A stretch of 64,000 nt of DNA, from the NCBI RefSeq assembly GCF_018977255.1, contig NW_024704742.1, positions 86,244,001 through 86,308,000 of the forward strand, in the 5' to 3' direction. The translations under genes were made by a program, and so were the position numbers. How positions within the stretch are numbered: the first letter of the stretch is position 1; every line of letters begins with the position of its first letter. Below, in pieces: positions 26,395 through 39,218 of this stretch. Source of the DNA: Callorhinchus milii (taxonomy: Eukaryota). A model generated the notes under the pieces. It was given only the letters and a program-made list of their open reading frames with translations. It was not told where the DNA came from and made no database searches.

Positions 26395-28119
26395 TAGACG
26401 TTGTTACTCTTCATTGTCCTTCCATATTACCATCTCATACTGATCGCCCATTAGTTTTGTATTTTGAGACTTTGTTCCTTTTTACTTCCTCTCTGTTGAC
26501 CAGCTCCTGCGCCAAAATAAAAATGGCTGACTTGATATCAAGTCATTGTGTCATCACTGGCATCACTTTTTGTATGCTCCACACATGGAATGCAAGTAGT
26601 GAATGTCAGCGACGATCTATTGACCTGGAATTCAGACATTTTTAGTGCCTCAGAAGTCAAAATGGTGGACTTTCAGGTCATCGGTCTTTTACCAACATCA
26701 ATTCCTGTATCGTGGACCCAGATAACTGTGTTATAACAGGATTGCCTTGTAATAACAGAATTGTGTTTTAAATTGTTTAATTTCATGAATTTTCAGATTT
26801 TTAACATATATATGCTGGAATGCATTTAAATTAGCGAGATTGGACATCTTTCCTCTTTTATCTTGATGTTGTATCTTCACTGTCATTTTCTGGGATTCAC
26901 CTTGTGTTGCTCTGATATTGTTCCACCTATGATAATCTCAAGCCTATATGTATTTGGGATCAAATGGCTTCACTTAGTTGTAACAACAGGCTCCAGGCTG
27001 CTATGAGCTTGATAGAGACCACACAGGGTTCATTGTTGACCCTCCGTAAGCCTGGAGACATTAAATGATCCGGTTGACCTTGTTCTCCCTTAGTCTTCAG
27101 ACCACAATTCCTCACATTGCTCTATTGCTCTGTGACGCATAGTTCCAGGCAACCATCCTCCTGGAACCTAGGACATTGCGTTCACTATAACTTGCAAACA
27201 CTTAAAGCAATTAAACACAATGACAAGACATTCCTCATATCTCTAAGGTAGCTATTTTGTTAATATTGATTGACGGATGTTCAACTCATGATAGCTCACA
27301 CCATCAGAGTCACTGAACCTAAACACCTCCTCGCCCAGGGTGAACAAATTTACTTTTTCTTCATGCAGTCACTGGAAAGATAAAGATCGCTTTGATCAGT
27401 AAATATTAACTAGTCTTGTTAATTCGGCTGGTTTGGGGGAGGCTGCACTGTTTTTTTGGCATGGTTATAGTACAGAAATCCTCAAACAGCGTTGTTCTCA
27501 AACAACAGAAGGTGAGTCACCAAAAAGTGTTTGATTTGGAGATAACTTTTGTTCTTGCTGCATAGCTTGTTTGCTATTAATTGAATAGAAGTTACACTTC
27601 TCATTGATTGATTACATATTCAGCAGCCAATTGAAGTTAGAACATCAGAGCCAAAACACCACTGTGCATTAATCACTCATACAAGAGAGTTCGAATGAAG
27701 AAGGCCCCTTGGACCATTTGATCTCACCCTTCCAGAACAGCTAACCTGCTGTCCTCCCATTACATCATTACAATGTTCTAAGTGAGTCCAGTGTCCTGGC
27801 CTCAACCACACCTTCTGGTAACCTGTTCTACTTGTTAATTACTCTCTGGCTAAAGAAGTAGTGTTGATCATAGCATCAAATCACTCGGGCTCAACTACCA
27901 TGTACCATGCAAGCTGTCAGCCTCTTCCATATAACACTCTTAGGCTACCTTTAGCTTGCACCTTTAGGGCTATGAGAAATGTCATGAAAGTGGAGGGGCT
28001 GACAATGAAGCACCAATCATCCTGCCACCAACACATTACTGAGCAGGATTACTATTTCAGCAACTCATCGTCAAGAAGGTAAAACAAACGACGGCCTAAA
28101 CCTAGCTCACATTTCCTAT

Positions 28120-28473
28120 TAATAATAATCTTTGCATTTGATGTAGCGCGTTTCACGTCTTCCAGAAGTCTCAAAGCTCTTCACAGAATATACTGTAAAG
28201 TGAATTGACTGTATATTTGTGGACGAAATGCGGCAGCCAATTGCACACAACAGTGTCCCACAAACAGTCGTGGATTGAATAACCAAATTCTTATTGGTTT
28301 TTTTCTTGAGGGATTATTATCCTCAGAAAAGTGATCCGCCAATCAATTAACAACCGTGTTCCTACTTACTGCTAGGTAAACAGAGGCGTGTGGAGTAAGG
28401 AAACTTGCCGGGAATCAATCCCATGTCTCTCACTTGCGAGGCGAGTGCTCTAACCACTGAGCTACAGGGCTCC
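28120..28473 (-). mobile_element. Full-length young tRNA-SINE, long form
   Basis: Reverse complement has head, long internal segment, Deu-type body and (TTA)n tail. Confidence 0.9.
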
Positions 28474-29649
28474 ACAGTGGGTGAACAATGCAATACTTGG
28501 TGAATCCTGTTTCACAATGATTGGATGAAGAGTTGACATCAATGTCATGCCATGCACAATGTCATGCAGTTTTATACACAAATGATCAAAATGCAATGTC
28601 ATTATGAAGGCTTGGCCACCACAAGCCAGGTATTCCTGGGCTGACGTTCGATATCTCTTACTTAAAACCCAAAGTCAGATACAGTACCAGCTCTCTCATT
28701 TTGGCAAAGTCCAGCAAGAGTCTGAATTTTCCTGAATGGAAAAAATCATTCAAAATCTCCATCCTGTCGCAAGCAAGTCTTGCCATTGGAATTATCCTTC
28801 TGCAGCACTAAATGATGTTCAAGGCCCTTGTAGGTAATTTTGCCATCTTTTTGTCCTTGTGTTTAAGTGGTGCACAATGTCATGCAGAGTTTTATATACA
28901 TCGCGGAGAAAAATAACTACTCCTCCACCTTTAATCCTGTCTTTAACAGGACCATGTGGGCTCGTCCCAACCTCAGTGGCAATGTTGGGGTCCAATTTGC
29001 AGGTTTGTAAACCACGTGTAAAATGCACGTGGACAAAAGGAATTGCAAGTACCCTTCCTTATTTAGTTAACGACCTATGAAAACGATTAAAACTTTCACT
29101 AAACGGGATAGTCCAGCGGAATCTTTTTGTGTACGGTATTGTGTTGCTTTCCATCGTCCTCACAGTTTTATGTTTCTATTTATTTTTATTCGGGTGGAGG
29201 GTTCTATTCCTTTGCAGTACATTTTGCAAAACAGATGATGAAACAGTGGAATCCTTGTTTCTTCAAATCCTAATTTGACTCCAGATCCCTTTTATTTTTA
29301 TGCAGTTTCAATGTTTGGTTTTACGTGATGCATTTAAAACTTAGGAAACAGCGTCCTCTGCAGATTAATAGTAGATTGCTGGCAAGGTGCATTAAAGGCA
29401 GGCGTACATGATTGTCAAACTTTATCTTGATCGTAGTCGGTGAGAAATTTTTGAAAACAGTCTTAAATCCAGGGTTAATTTGGAAACCAATTTTCCACAA
29501 TATTGTTTAACAACTGCATGAAACCTGCTTCCAAACTGAGACAAAAATTTAAGAATTTTCCAAAATTTTCTGCACAGCGTTAAATTTTAAGATGATGGCT
29601 TAAGGTTAAGACTTTGAAGATTTGGAGCCTCAGGAGTTTATTACCCTTA

Positions 29650-30082
29650 ACAATAATAAAAATAATAATAATCCTTGCATTTGGCATAGAGTCATCATCA
29701 AGACATCTCAAAACTCAAAGTGTTTCACAGATTATACTGGAAAGTGGATTGACTGTATTTTGTGGATGAAACCGGCAGCCAGTTTCCACACAGCAATGTC
29801 CCACAATCAGCAAAGGAGGGAGTGATCAATTTTATTTTGGGGGATTGTTGGCCAAGATGCCAGGAGAATCTTCAATCACTTTTTGAATAATGAAATAGGA
29901 TGTTTAACATCCACCTGAACAGACAGACAGGCCTTTACGTCGCATCCGAAAGACGGCACCTTCAACAATGCAACACATCCCCAGCACTTAGACTATGTGT
30001 TTCCAAGTTTCCTATATGGGACTTGACCCCACAACCTTCTAACTCAGAGGCAAAAGTGCTACCATTGTGCCAGACTGACACA
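29650..30082 (-). mobile_element. Older DeuSINE-type element, near full length
   Basis: Reverse head gtgtcagtctggcacaatggtagcacttttgcctctgagttagaaggttgtggggtcaagtccc; ctgtctgttcaggtggatgttaaa; same 3' tail as the young SINE. Confidence 0.8.
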
Positions 30083-30107
30083 CGAAGGTGGTCACCAATC
30101 TACATAT

Positions 30108-31016
30108 GGAGTCCTGTAGCTCAGTGGTTACAGCACTCGCCTCTCAAGAGAGAGACCTGGGTTCGATTCCCGGCAGGGCGAAACCTTGAACAAGTTCCTT
30201 ACTCCACACGCCTAATAATAATAATAATCCCTCAAGAAAAAAAATAATAAATTGGTCACTCCAATCTATGACTGCTTGTGGGACACTGCTGTGTGCAATT
30301 TGGCTGCTATATTTCGCCCACAAATATACAGTATACAGTATAATGTTTCACTTTACAGGCCCTTGGTGAGACCGCACCTAGAGTATTGTGTGCAGTTTTG
30401 GTCTCCTTATTTAAAAAAAGACGTACTTGCCTTAGAGGGGGTGCAGCATAGAATCACTTGGTGAGTTCCTGGGATGAGGGGACTGACCTATGAGGATAGG
30501 CTGAATAAACTAGGGCTATATTCTCTAGAGTACAGAAGAATTAGAGGAGATCTTATTGAAACATATAAGATTCTTAAAGGGCTGGATAAAGTAGACACTG
30601 AGAGACTGTTTCCCCTGGTAGGAGAATCTCTAACCAGGGGTCACAGTCTTAAAATTAAGGGTCAGCCTTTTAGAACAGAGTTGAGGAAACATTTCTTCAC
30701 TCAGAGGGTAGTGAATTTATGGAATTCACTACCCCAGAAGGCTGTAAATGCTCAGTCCTTAAACATCTTCAAGGCTGAGACTGATAGATTTTTTAAAAAA
30801 ATAGAGGGATTAGGGGATATGGGGATAGGGCAGGTAATTAGAGTTAGGTCAGAAGATCAGCCATGATCTTATCGAAAGGCGGGGCAGGCTTGAGGGGCCG
30901 AATGGCCTACTCCTGCTCCTAATTCTTATGTTCTTATATTCTGTGAAGCACTTTGAGATGACTGGAAAACGTGAAAAGTTTTATATCAAATGCAAGGATT
31001 ATTACTATTATTATTA
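30108..31016 (+). mobile_element. Young tRNA-SINE interrupted by a CR1 insertion
   Basis: Head at 30108, body to ~30358, resumes tatattctgtgaagc at ~30935. Confidence 0.88.
30352..30935 (+). mobile_element. CR1-clade LINE 3' fragment (ORF2 C-terminus plus 3'UTR)
   Basis: [68 protein letters not shown]; 3'UTR ggccgaatggcctactcctgctcct...ttcttatgttctta. Confidence 0.93.
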
Positions 31017-32275
31017 TGAATAGTAGTACTACAAATGAGGAATTTGGGGCATTAGTTGTTAAGTACTGCAGGTTGCAAAATACCACGTCACCTATGAAGC
31101 CATTGCAATTTTAATGCAACATACTTGTTTTTCAAATGCGGGGATTGCAGGAAGAGCACCGCAGAAAAGAGTATTACAAGAGACTTGTTTAGGAAGTTTG
31201 GTAGTGGAGACTGGCCTGAGACTTTTATTTGCCAGCAATTATGAAGTCACAACACTTCCCAGTAAAGTTCTGTGTGAAGCACTTTGAGATACCTTGACAA
31301 CGTGATTATATCAAATGCAAGTATTATTATTACGTTTTGCAGGAGAATTTTTTTTGTGCTTTTATAATTGTTTCACCGTGTCCCATCATGTACTTGTCTG
31401 TTACAAAACATATTTAATTTATTCAATCCACCGCCAAATTGAAAGCAAATGCTGGAAAATAATCTTTGGAAAAGATTCAATCTGGATAAAATATCACAGT
31501 CTTTTATGCTCAGTATATTGCCAACGTTACACACAGCAGGTATAATGACTAGTAAGTGCTAAAGTACAAGCATATAATTTTATCGTACCAAAGCATTTGA
31601 CAAGTAGAATTTAGGATGCCTGACTGGGACCATGGATGCTTCCCACTTGAATCCTGTTAATCCTGCAAGCCAAATTCCCAACAGGTAGGGTGGACCTCGC
31701 TGGACAAGCAGTGCGAAAGCTTGCCGGACAGTGATGTCAATGGCAAGCTATGCAGTTTTAGCTGGTTAGACTCCAGCAGTTACCCCAACGCACACTCTGA
31801 GGTCCCCATGTCTTGGCTCTTCCTAACTGTATATTTTCACCCACAAAATATACAATCAATTTACTTTACAGTATTGTCTGAAGTGCTTTGAGACGTCACG
31901 AAGACGTGATAAGGCGCAATATCAAATGCAACGATTATATTATTATATTATATTTAATTTGCACCTAAATCTCTGAAATTAGGTAAGCAGAATATGTTCC
32001 TCCAGGGAGAGAGTATGCATTTCATTCCAGACCCAGAGAAATTTCCATGTGTAGGTGGAATACATAGTGGAGCGCTCAGTCTGGTTTGGATACTCCTAAG
32101 CATAGTGATGGGTCTCAGACACACGGCTGACCATAAGTAGTGGCTGTATTTATAGTCATAAGTAGCAGCCATTTAGCCATTGTGGCAATCAATTAGCATC
32201 AATGGGATAGAGTAACTTACTCTCATACAATCAAGAGGTACATTGTGAGACATTGAAGTTTTTGTTGTGTTCTAG

Positions 32276-32410
32276 GTGGGATCCCTGGAACAGGCCATGC
32301 TGGATGCTCTGGTCCTGGACAGGGTGGACTTTGTGAAGCTGCTGATAGAGAACGGTGTGAGCATGCATCGCTTCCTTACCATCTCTAGACTTGAGGAACT
32401 CTACAACACG
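32276..32410 (+). CDS. TRPM3: TRPM3 exon (~ex13), 135 nt: [45 protein letters not shown]
   Basis: ttctag| acceptor, |gtaaac donor. Confidence 0.97.
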
Positions 32411-32854
32411 GTAAACAACTTACCAAATCCATGTCAGCATCTGTGGATTGGGTCTTCGTGTGAACCCTTTGTTGAGGACTTCTGAGCGGAAAATATTTCC
32501 CATTAAGTTTCTTAAGTTAAGCGCTCCGAGATACCATCCGGCATGAAGGGCTCTATATAAATACAAGTTGTTGTTGTTATTGCAAGTTGCATCGTAATAC
32601 CTAATAAGAGGCAGTGGTAAAGTGGCAGTGTTCTCAAGTTGAAACTTTCTACTATTTTTGGGGTGCCTTGTTCTGCAGTCATCCAACTGCACTTAGAGAT
32701 ATACATGACACCTTCTTGAAATGTTGAACAGTTCAATTCACTTGATCCATTTTTGAGTCTGGCGTGTTTCATATCCCTATTATTATAATCTAAATAAAAT
32801 AACCTAGTGCTCGCCATGGATTCTGTTACACTGAATGTCCTTTTTTTTTTACAG

Positions 32855-32905
32855 AGACACGGGCCGTCAAATACTTTGTACCAATTGGTCAGGGATGTCA
32901 AAAAG
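32855..32905 (+). CDS. TRPM3: TRPM3 exon (~ex14), 51 nt: RHGPSNTLYQLVRDVKK
   Basis: poly-T acag| acceptor, |gtaggt donor, phase 0-0. Confidence 0.95.
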
Positions 32906-35831
32906 GTAGGTCAAGGTACCCTGCTACTGGTAGGTCAGAGGTTATAATATTTAGTGGATTGCTATTCATCAATATTTCATGTGGCAATCATGCATCTCAT
33001 GTGTTAGCTTCAGCTTTTGCTTGGGTGAAATTAGTGCTTATGTCAGTGAGGGATGTTAAGTGATTGTAAACCGGGACATTTCAGGCATCCAGTGAGCACT
33101 CCCAGGTCAGGTCAATAGAGGCAATATTGCAGCTCAGAAGAGTCCCTCCTCCTGCACCTATGTTACACCTTGTTTTCATTTCCTTGTGGATCTGCTCACT
33201 GAGATTGTTAAATATGGGGCAGTTTTATTCTGTGAGCTGCTAGTTGAAACTGGGTTCAGACCACCTAAATTAATTTCATATGGGACACAACGTACTGACA
33301 AGGGACCCTTGCGCCTACTATTGGAACCACACATCGACCATAATATTCATGTTACTAATATATGATGAATCCAGGATCCAATGGAGGAAACAGTCAGATT
33401 TGCAAACTTAAGTAAGCTGAGACAGGAAAGTTTTCGGTTGTTAGAAGATAGGGTGTTTACTGTTGCCTGTGTACACTATTTTACTCACCGCTCCTTTGCA
33501 TGATGTTTTTTCATGTTCCATTCTCTGTAACACTGTGACTCTGCTTATTCTCATTGATGTTGATGTCATTTTAATGGATCTGTATGATCTAAACAATCCC
33601 ATAAACCATTCTTCTGTGGAGTTAACAGTAGAGGCATTCGGAAGCAGAAACAAAAATTTTTGTCAGATAATGTCTAGTTAGATCAACATTTTATTCATGA
33701 CTCTGCAATGTTGTTAACATGGTGTAACATTGCAAAATGGAAATATTGCAAGCATAAAGTGTGTGTTCACAGGAATTCCAACTTTTTCTTTATTGTCTGA
33801 GTTTCACACTTTTTAATTCATTTCATTCATTGTTCAATCTGCATATTGGGTCTCGTAACTTAAACTACTTGGTTTCTGTCTCTTTCTATCTGAGCCATCA
33901 GTACAACCAATTCAAAAACAAAAGGTCCCCCATCTTTATTACCATTTAATGTACTATAGTCCTTTCTAAGACATCTTGTAAACTAGTTGAATACTGAAAC
34001 ATAAAAGGCTTGAATCAATAAATAAAGAGATTTTTTTTAAATAATAATAATTTGGTCACTCAATCTATGACTGTTTGTGGAGCTCTGCTGTGTGCAATTG
34101 GATGCCACATTTCACCCACAAAATAGACAGTCAATTAACTTTACAGTATATTCTGTGAAGCACTTTGACACGTTCCAACGAAATGATAAGGCCCTATACC
34201 AAATGCAAGAGTTATTATTATAATTAATTCTATTTTCCTGCTAGTAACCTATTGCATGTAAGATCCCAGTGCTCTTTATCAAACATTTGTGAAACACAGT
34301 AGAGAAGTACATTGAGTTAAACATTCCTGATGGCTCAGTAGTTAGAGCCACTGCCCAGTGAAACCTGCTCAAGTCAAAGCAGCACTTCCTCAGGACCACA
34401 CTGGATAGCCTTGATGTACGTCTCAAACCTACAGCCTTCTGACCCAGAGGCGACAGCACAACTAACTGAGCCAAACAAACACTGCAGCATAAGACAAACA
34501 GAAAACATTAAACCTTACCCCAGCAAGAGTCATTGTTTTCAAGACAGGCAAAAAATAGGATTTCATCCATTCAAAATAGATAAGTGTATAGACTAGATTT
34601 GCTCTTTATTCAGTGGATGGTAATGGTTTACACTTTACAGTACCACGTGTCCTCATTATTAATACTCGAGTACTCTCCCAGTGCATGCATTGATACATTG
34701 GATACATTACTGCTCCCATTTAAGCTGTCTATTGTTATGTTAAGAGATGATGCAGTTAAATATTAGTTGTTTTCTCTTCATGAATTAAGAATGACTAAGG
34801 TATGTTTCCTGTCATCTCAGTATTTTACATTAACAAGGGCTAGTTCGTAATGAGGAACTGGGTTATTCTTTTCATGTTGATTTCTCATTCACTTTTCCAT
34901 GTTCATATACCTCTTGTACAAGCACTGTATATGTTCATTTCATTGGGCTTCTGAGGATATCAAGCCAACTTTCTTCCTGTCAAGAATTACAGATAAATTC
35001 AGGATTACCCGGGTCAAATTAATGTTCAAATCTAACCAAGGGAATAAGAAGCATTTCAGAATATTAGTTATTAAAATGAAAGAAAAGAAAATGATATTAA
35101 AACAACCATCACTGGAGTCCATATCACACTTAATTCTCGTTTTAAAATGTAGTAAGATATTTATCAACATTTCTGGACAAAAATCATCCTCTGAATTGAG
35201 ACAAATTCCAATCAAAATATTAACAGGAGATGTCTTATAGTGGTATATAAGATTTTAACTGGGATTGAGAAAGGAAGTCCATAACAATAATTTCAGTTAA
35301 CCAAAGGCATCAGAACAATAATGTGCAAGTTTCAGGATTGCAAAGGGCAATTGCAGGACCTACATCAGGAATGATTTCTTTGCACAGAGGGTAATTAATG
35401 ACTGGAGTGGATTACGAGGAAAATATCTGAGAGAAGGACACTGGACTCATTTAAGAACCAGCTTGATACTGTGATGGGAGGATAGTAGGATGAGTGTTCT
35501 GGAAGGATGAAATTAAATGGGCCAATGCACTTTCTTTGCCCAAATCTCTCTTTTGATCTTGCTGTAAATTTCCAACTAGCAACGTTGGAAAAAATAAAAG
35601 CTACAGGACTATTACTCCTGAAAGTAATACTCACAAAACAGTGCTATTGCAGAGAGCTACATATCATGAGCTGGCTGGAATGACGGTGCCCAATTTAGAG
35701 AATTGTTTGTGCAGGATATTTGCTAGCATGACCTGCCAAGCTACTATCATTCAAAGACGGCTATAAGAATGACTTGTTTTGTGCTGTAAAATGCTACAGT
35801 TACTTATTCAAACTTATTTGTTCTCTCCAAG

Positions 35832-35867
35832 CGAGAATATCAAGCTTTCAGTTGGATCTATTTTCAG
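35832..35867 (+). CDS. TRPM3: TRPM3 alternative cassette exon (~ex15), 36 nt: REYQAFSWIYFQ
   Basis: ttctctccaag| acceptor, |gtgaat donor, phase 0-0. Matches the recalled mammalian optional peptide REYPGFGWIYFK at 8/12 residues, in the same position. Confidence 0.88.
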
Positions 35868-36080
35868 GTGAATTGATTAAAGCTCTGCTTAGTGATTAAA
35901 CATGTTGCTTATTAACCTAAAGTTAAAACAATAGAGTGAACAATCTAGCCAACAATGCAGCTGAATAATACATTCAATTTCAAGCCACCACCTAAACTAA
36001 CTCCAATGTTAATTAATTAGCCATGCACGCTGGTTTCATAACTGTTGTGTGAAACGCTTTGAGACGTCCTCCTGATATGA

Positions 36081-36314
<234 letters not shown>

Positions 36315-38594
36315 TGAGTGGAATGCCAGATCTTATCTGGTAACAGGAGGCAGTGAAATGTGACCTCTTTGTATATCGATCGTGGTTGTGCCAGCTACAA
36401 GCTTCAGTGCTTGTCTCTGAAATCCAATCCAAATGCCTCCCCACCCCCCCACTCAATCCCTGAATCAGCGCTACTCAATTTTCAGGTCAGTCCCAAATTA
36501 CTAAACTCTAACATCACTGAGGAAGAGCATAGTGTGATCAATGCTTGTCACCTGGTCGATCGTTCACTGGCAATAGTGCCATTTTCTTAATTCCCTCTTC
36601 CCATCTTTTCAAATCCAGAGCAGACTGGTGGAGTGAAAGAATCTTGTAGCATTTGATGAATTTAAGACTCCAATGTGAAATGCGTTTTTCCAGTCCCAAT
36701 CTCGCTGCTGTTGTGCATGGCTTACCACCTTGAAACAGCTGAAGATTCAGCACTAAACTAATGGGAACCCATAAGGACAATTGGTGTGTGAGATAGAATT
36801 GCACCCTAGAGTAAAAAGCGTGGAATTTCAAGCCTCCAGTTTATCATCTACTCCTCATCATTGCATGAAAATGTTACCAAGATTTAGATGCAAACTATTC
36901 CCTTGTCATTCGCGTTTCCTCTTTCTCTATTGTGTGTGTATATTATATATATGTGAAAAAAAGAGAGGGAGTCACAAGCCTATAACATAGCAGAAAAATT
37001 GATGGCAACATCATCCACAAGATTAAAAAATTGTGACTTGGATTAGGTTACCAGAACACCAGAATTGTTTTATACACTGTTACATTTGCAAATGTGTTGT
37101 ATCTTACATTACACAGACGTGGGCAGCTACACTCTATATAATAATGTGGGTGTCTTACCATGTGAGTTGTCCCCCCCCCCGGTTTTGTCTACCCATTGAG
37201 TTTTTCTGGGAAATAATAATGTGCTGGTATTTAAGAGGCATTTTAAATTTAGAAATGCCTTAACTGTTAAATAGGAATTATTCACCTGGGTCAAACGTGG
37301 TTCGGTGCTCTCCCCCCACCCACTTGTCTACTTTGAGCCCATGCTAATGAGAAGCCTGGTACTCCTAGACTCCAGTGTTGACCAGCTGACTTTCCCACCT
37401 TAAAACAAGGCACACTTCCAGGTCACTGCTGTCATTACTTCCTGTGCATTCTGCACTTGTATGTTTGTACAGGAAGTGCCACTGACATCACTATGAAGGA
37501 AGAGATGTGAGTGGAGCTTGTCGAACGTAACACGTAGGAAGCGATGTCAACGGCCACCTGACGACCCGGAAGTCATCAATTTCTTGCGCCTGTTTATGTT
37601 GCTGGGCCTGAGATATTCAACCCAGTCAGCTCGTTTTAATAGGGTTGCCTGTGTTGTACTTGCAGTCTTAATTTATTCAAACAGTTCAGAAATTACTGCT
37701 GGTTCCCTCACTTATATCCTGTGGTAATTTAGTGACTACAAATTACAAGCATTCTAATGTAATTGAATGCAATTTTACTCATTTAAAAACTGGTTTGAAG
37801 GGTAATATGGCAGTAATTTGTATATGAAATAGTCAATAGGCTTTGGTCAATTTGTATAGCTGGCTTTATATGGCTATGAGTTGGGCCACCCGAGGCGCCA
37901 AAGTCCACTGTAAGACATATTTGTCTTAAAATTTAAGAAGGCGAAGAATTATGTACATTTTTTCTATCCAGTCTTAATTGGACATTGATTCAATTTAACA
38001 AACGGTGAAAAATCTGCTTTCCAAATTAAGACTGGATTTAAGAATTTTCCACAATTCCATGAGATCTTGGGTTCCAAGGGAAAGTGGTCTTACTAGATTC
38101 CCTGTACATACAAAGCTAAAATCAGCAAAGAGCCTCCTGCCCTATAATAAGATCCCTGACTGTTAACTTACTGTCCGTGTTGCATTGAAGTTACATTGTT
38201 CTTTGTGAAAGTAGCTGAAGGTCTCATCCCTTAACCTGATTGCACAAATGAGTAGGATCTTGGTGACTAAGGTGAGCAGGAGTTCTAACAATCACAATGC
38301 AAGTAGTCTGTCTCAAAGAAGGTTATTGCTAATGATTTATTTTATACCATGAAAGCAGAACTAGAAGGCAGACTTAAAATTAAAAAGTCTCGATTGTGAC
38401 TATAGATTAGAAGAATTATTTTTTCCCAGTTTAATGGATTTGCAGAACAGATTCATCAGAGTACTTAATGCAACATTGATTGCTCCATCAAAATAAATCA
38501 CTGGATTAAGCATCTTCTTGGGTATTTGGTGCTAATTGAAACAGTTTATTCAGATTGAGGTGAACAAACACTACATGAAATACTACAAATACTA

Positions 38595-38755
38595 CATCTA
38601 TGGAGAAAGGAAAGTGAGTCAACAGTTCAGGTCCACTAAATATTCTGACGAAGGGTCATGGACCCGAAACATTGACTCACTTTCCTTTCTCCATAAATGT
38701 CGCCTGACCTGCTGAGTGTTGCCAGCGACTTCTGTTTTGGATTTTGGAGATTTTT
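38595..38755. mobile_element. Penelope-like palindromic element remnant with hammerhead-like core; related half-copy at 50190-50330
   Basis: Perfect 23-bp inverted repeat 38600-38622 / 38672-38694 enclosing CTGACGAAGGGTCATGGACCCGAAAC, followed by cctgacctgctgagtgttgccagc. Confidence 0.65.
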
Positions 38756-39013
38756 CTTCATTGGCCAATTCAGAACCTTTTCCCATGAGTGAATTCCTTG
38801 TCTTAAGAAATCCTTAGAAACATGACCAATTGGCATTTTATCGCTCCTAGCTTTTTTATGTTCTCATAGCTCATAGCTCAAAATTCATCAAAACAATAAA
38901 TGGTTTCATCTGAGCTCCATGATCAGACATTTGGACCTTACACTGGTATACAGGCACAGAATATATTCTATATACATACACACCTGAGGAATATTCAATG
39001 TGATCAATATCAA

Positions 39014-39218
39014 ATAATCCCTCCAAAACCCAAAACAATAATAAAGTGGTCATTTTCAATCTACGACTGTTTGTGGGACATTGCTGTGCGCAATTGGCTG
39101 CCGCATTCGCCCACAAATATACAGTCAATTCACTATACAGTGTGTTCTGTGAAGCGCTTTGGGACATCCTCCCGAAGTGAAAAGCGCTATTTCAAATGCA
39201 AGGATTATAAGGATTATA
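39014..39218 (+). mobile_element. Young SINE, 5'-truncated (similar tails at 9005-9130 -, 15290-15525, 25880-26075 -, 31828-31953, 33980-34222, 43761-43868 -, 48710-48898, 51981-52170 -, 52685-52866)
   Basis: Deu-type body actgtttgtgggacattgctgtgcgcaattggctgccgc and shared tail. Confidence 0.85.

Noticed and set aside
28553..28900. ~28-bp repeat tgcacaatgtcatgcag..ttttata.aca at 28553 and 28871
   Set aside because: Only two short copies with no further structure; trivial local duplication.
30474..30866. 130-aa ORF as a nested gene
   Set aside because: It is the C-terminus of a 5'-truncated CR1 ORF2.
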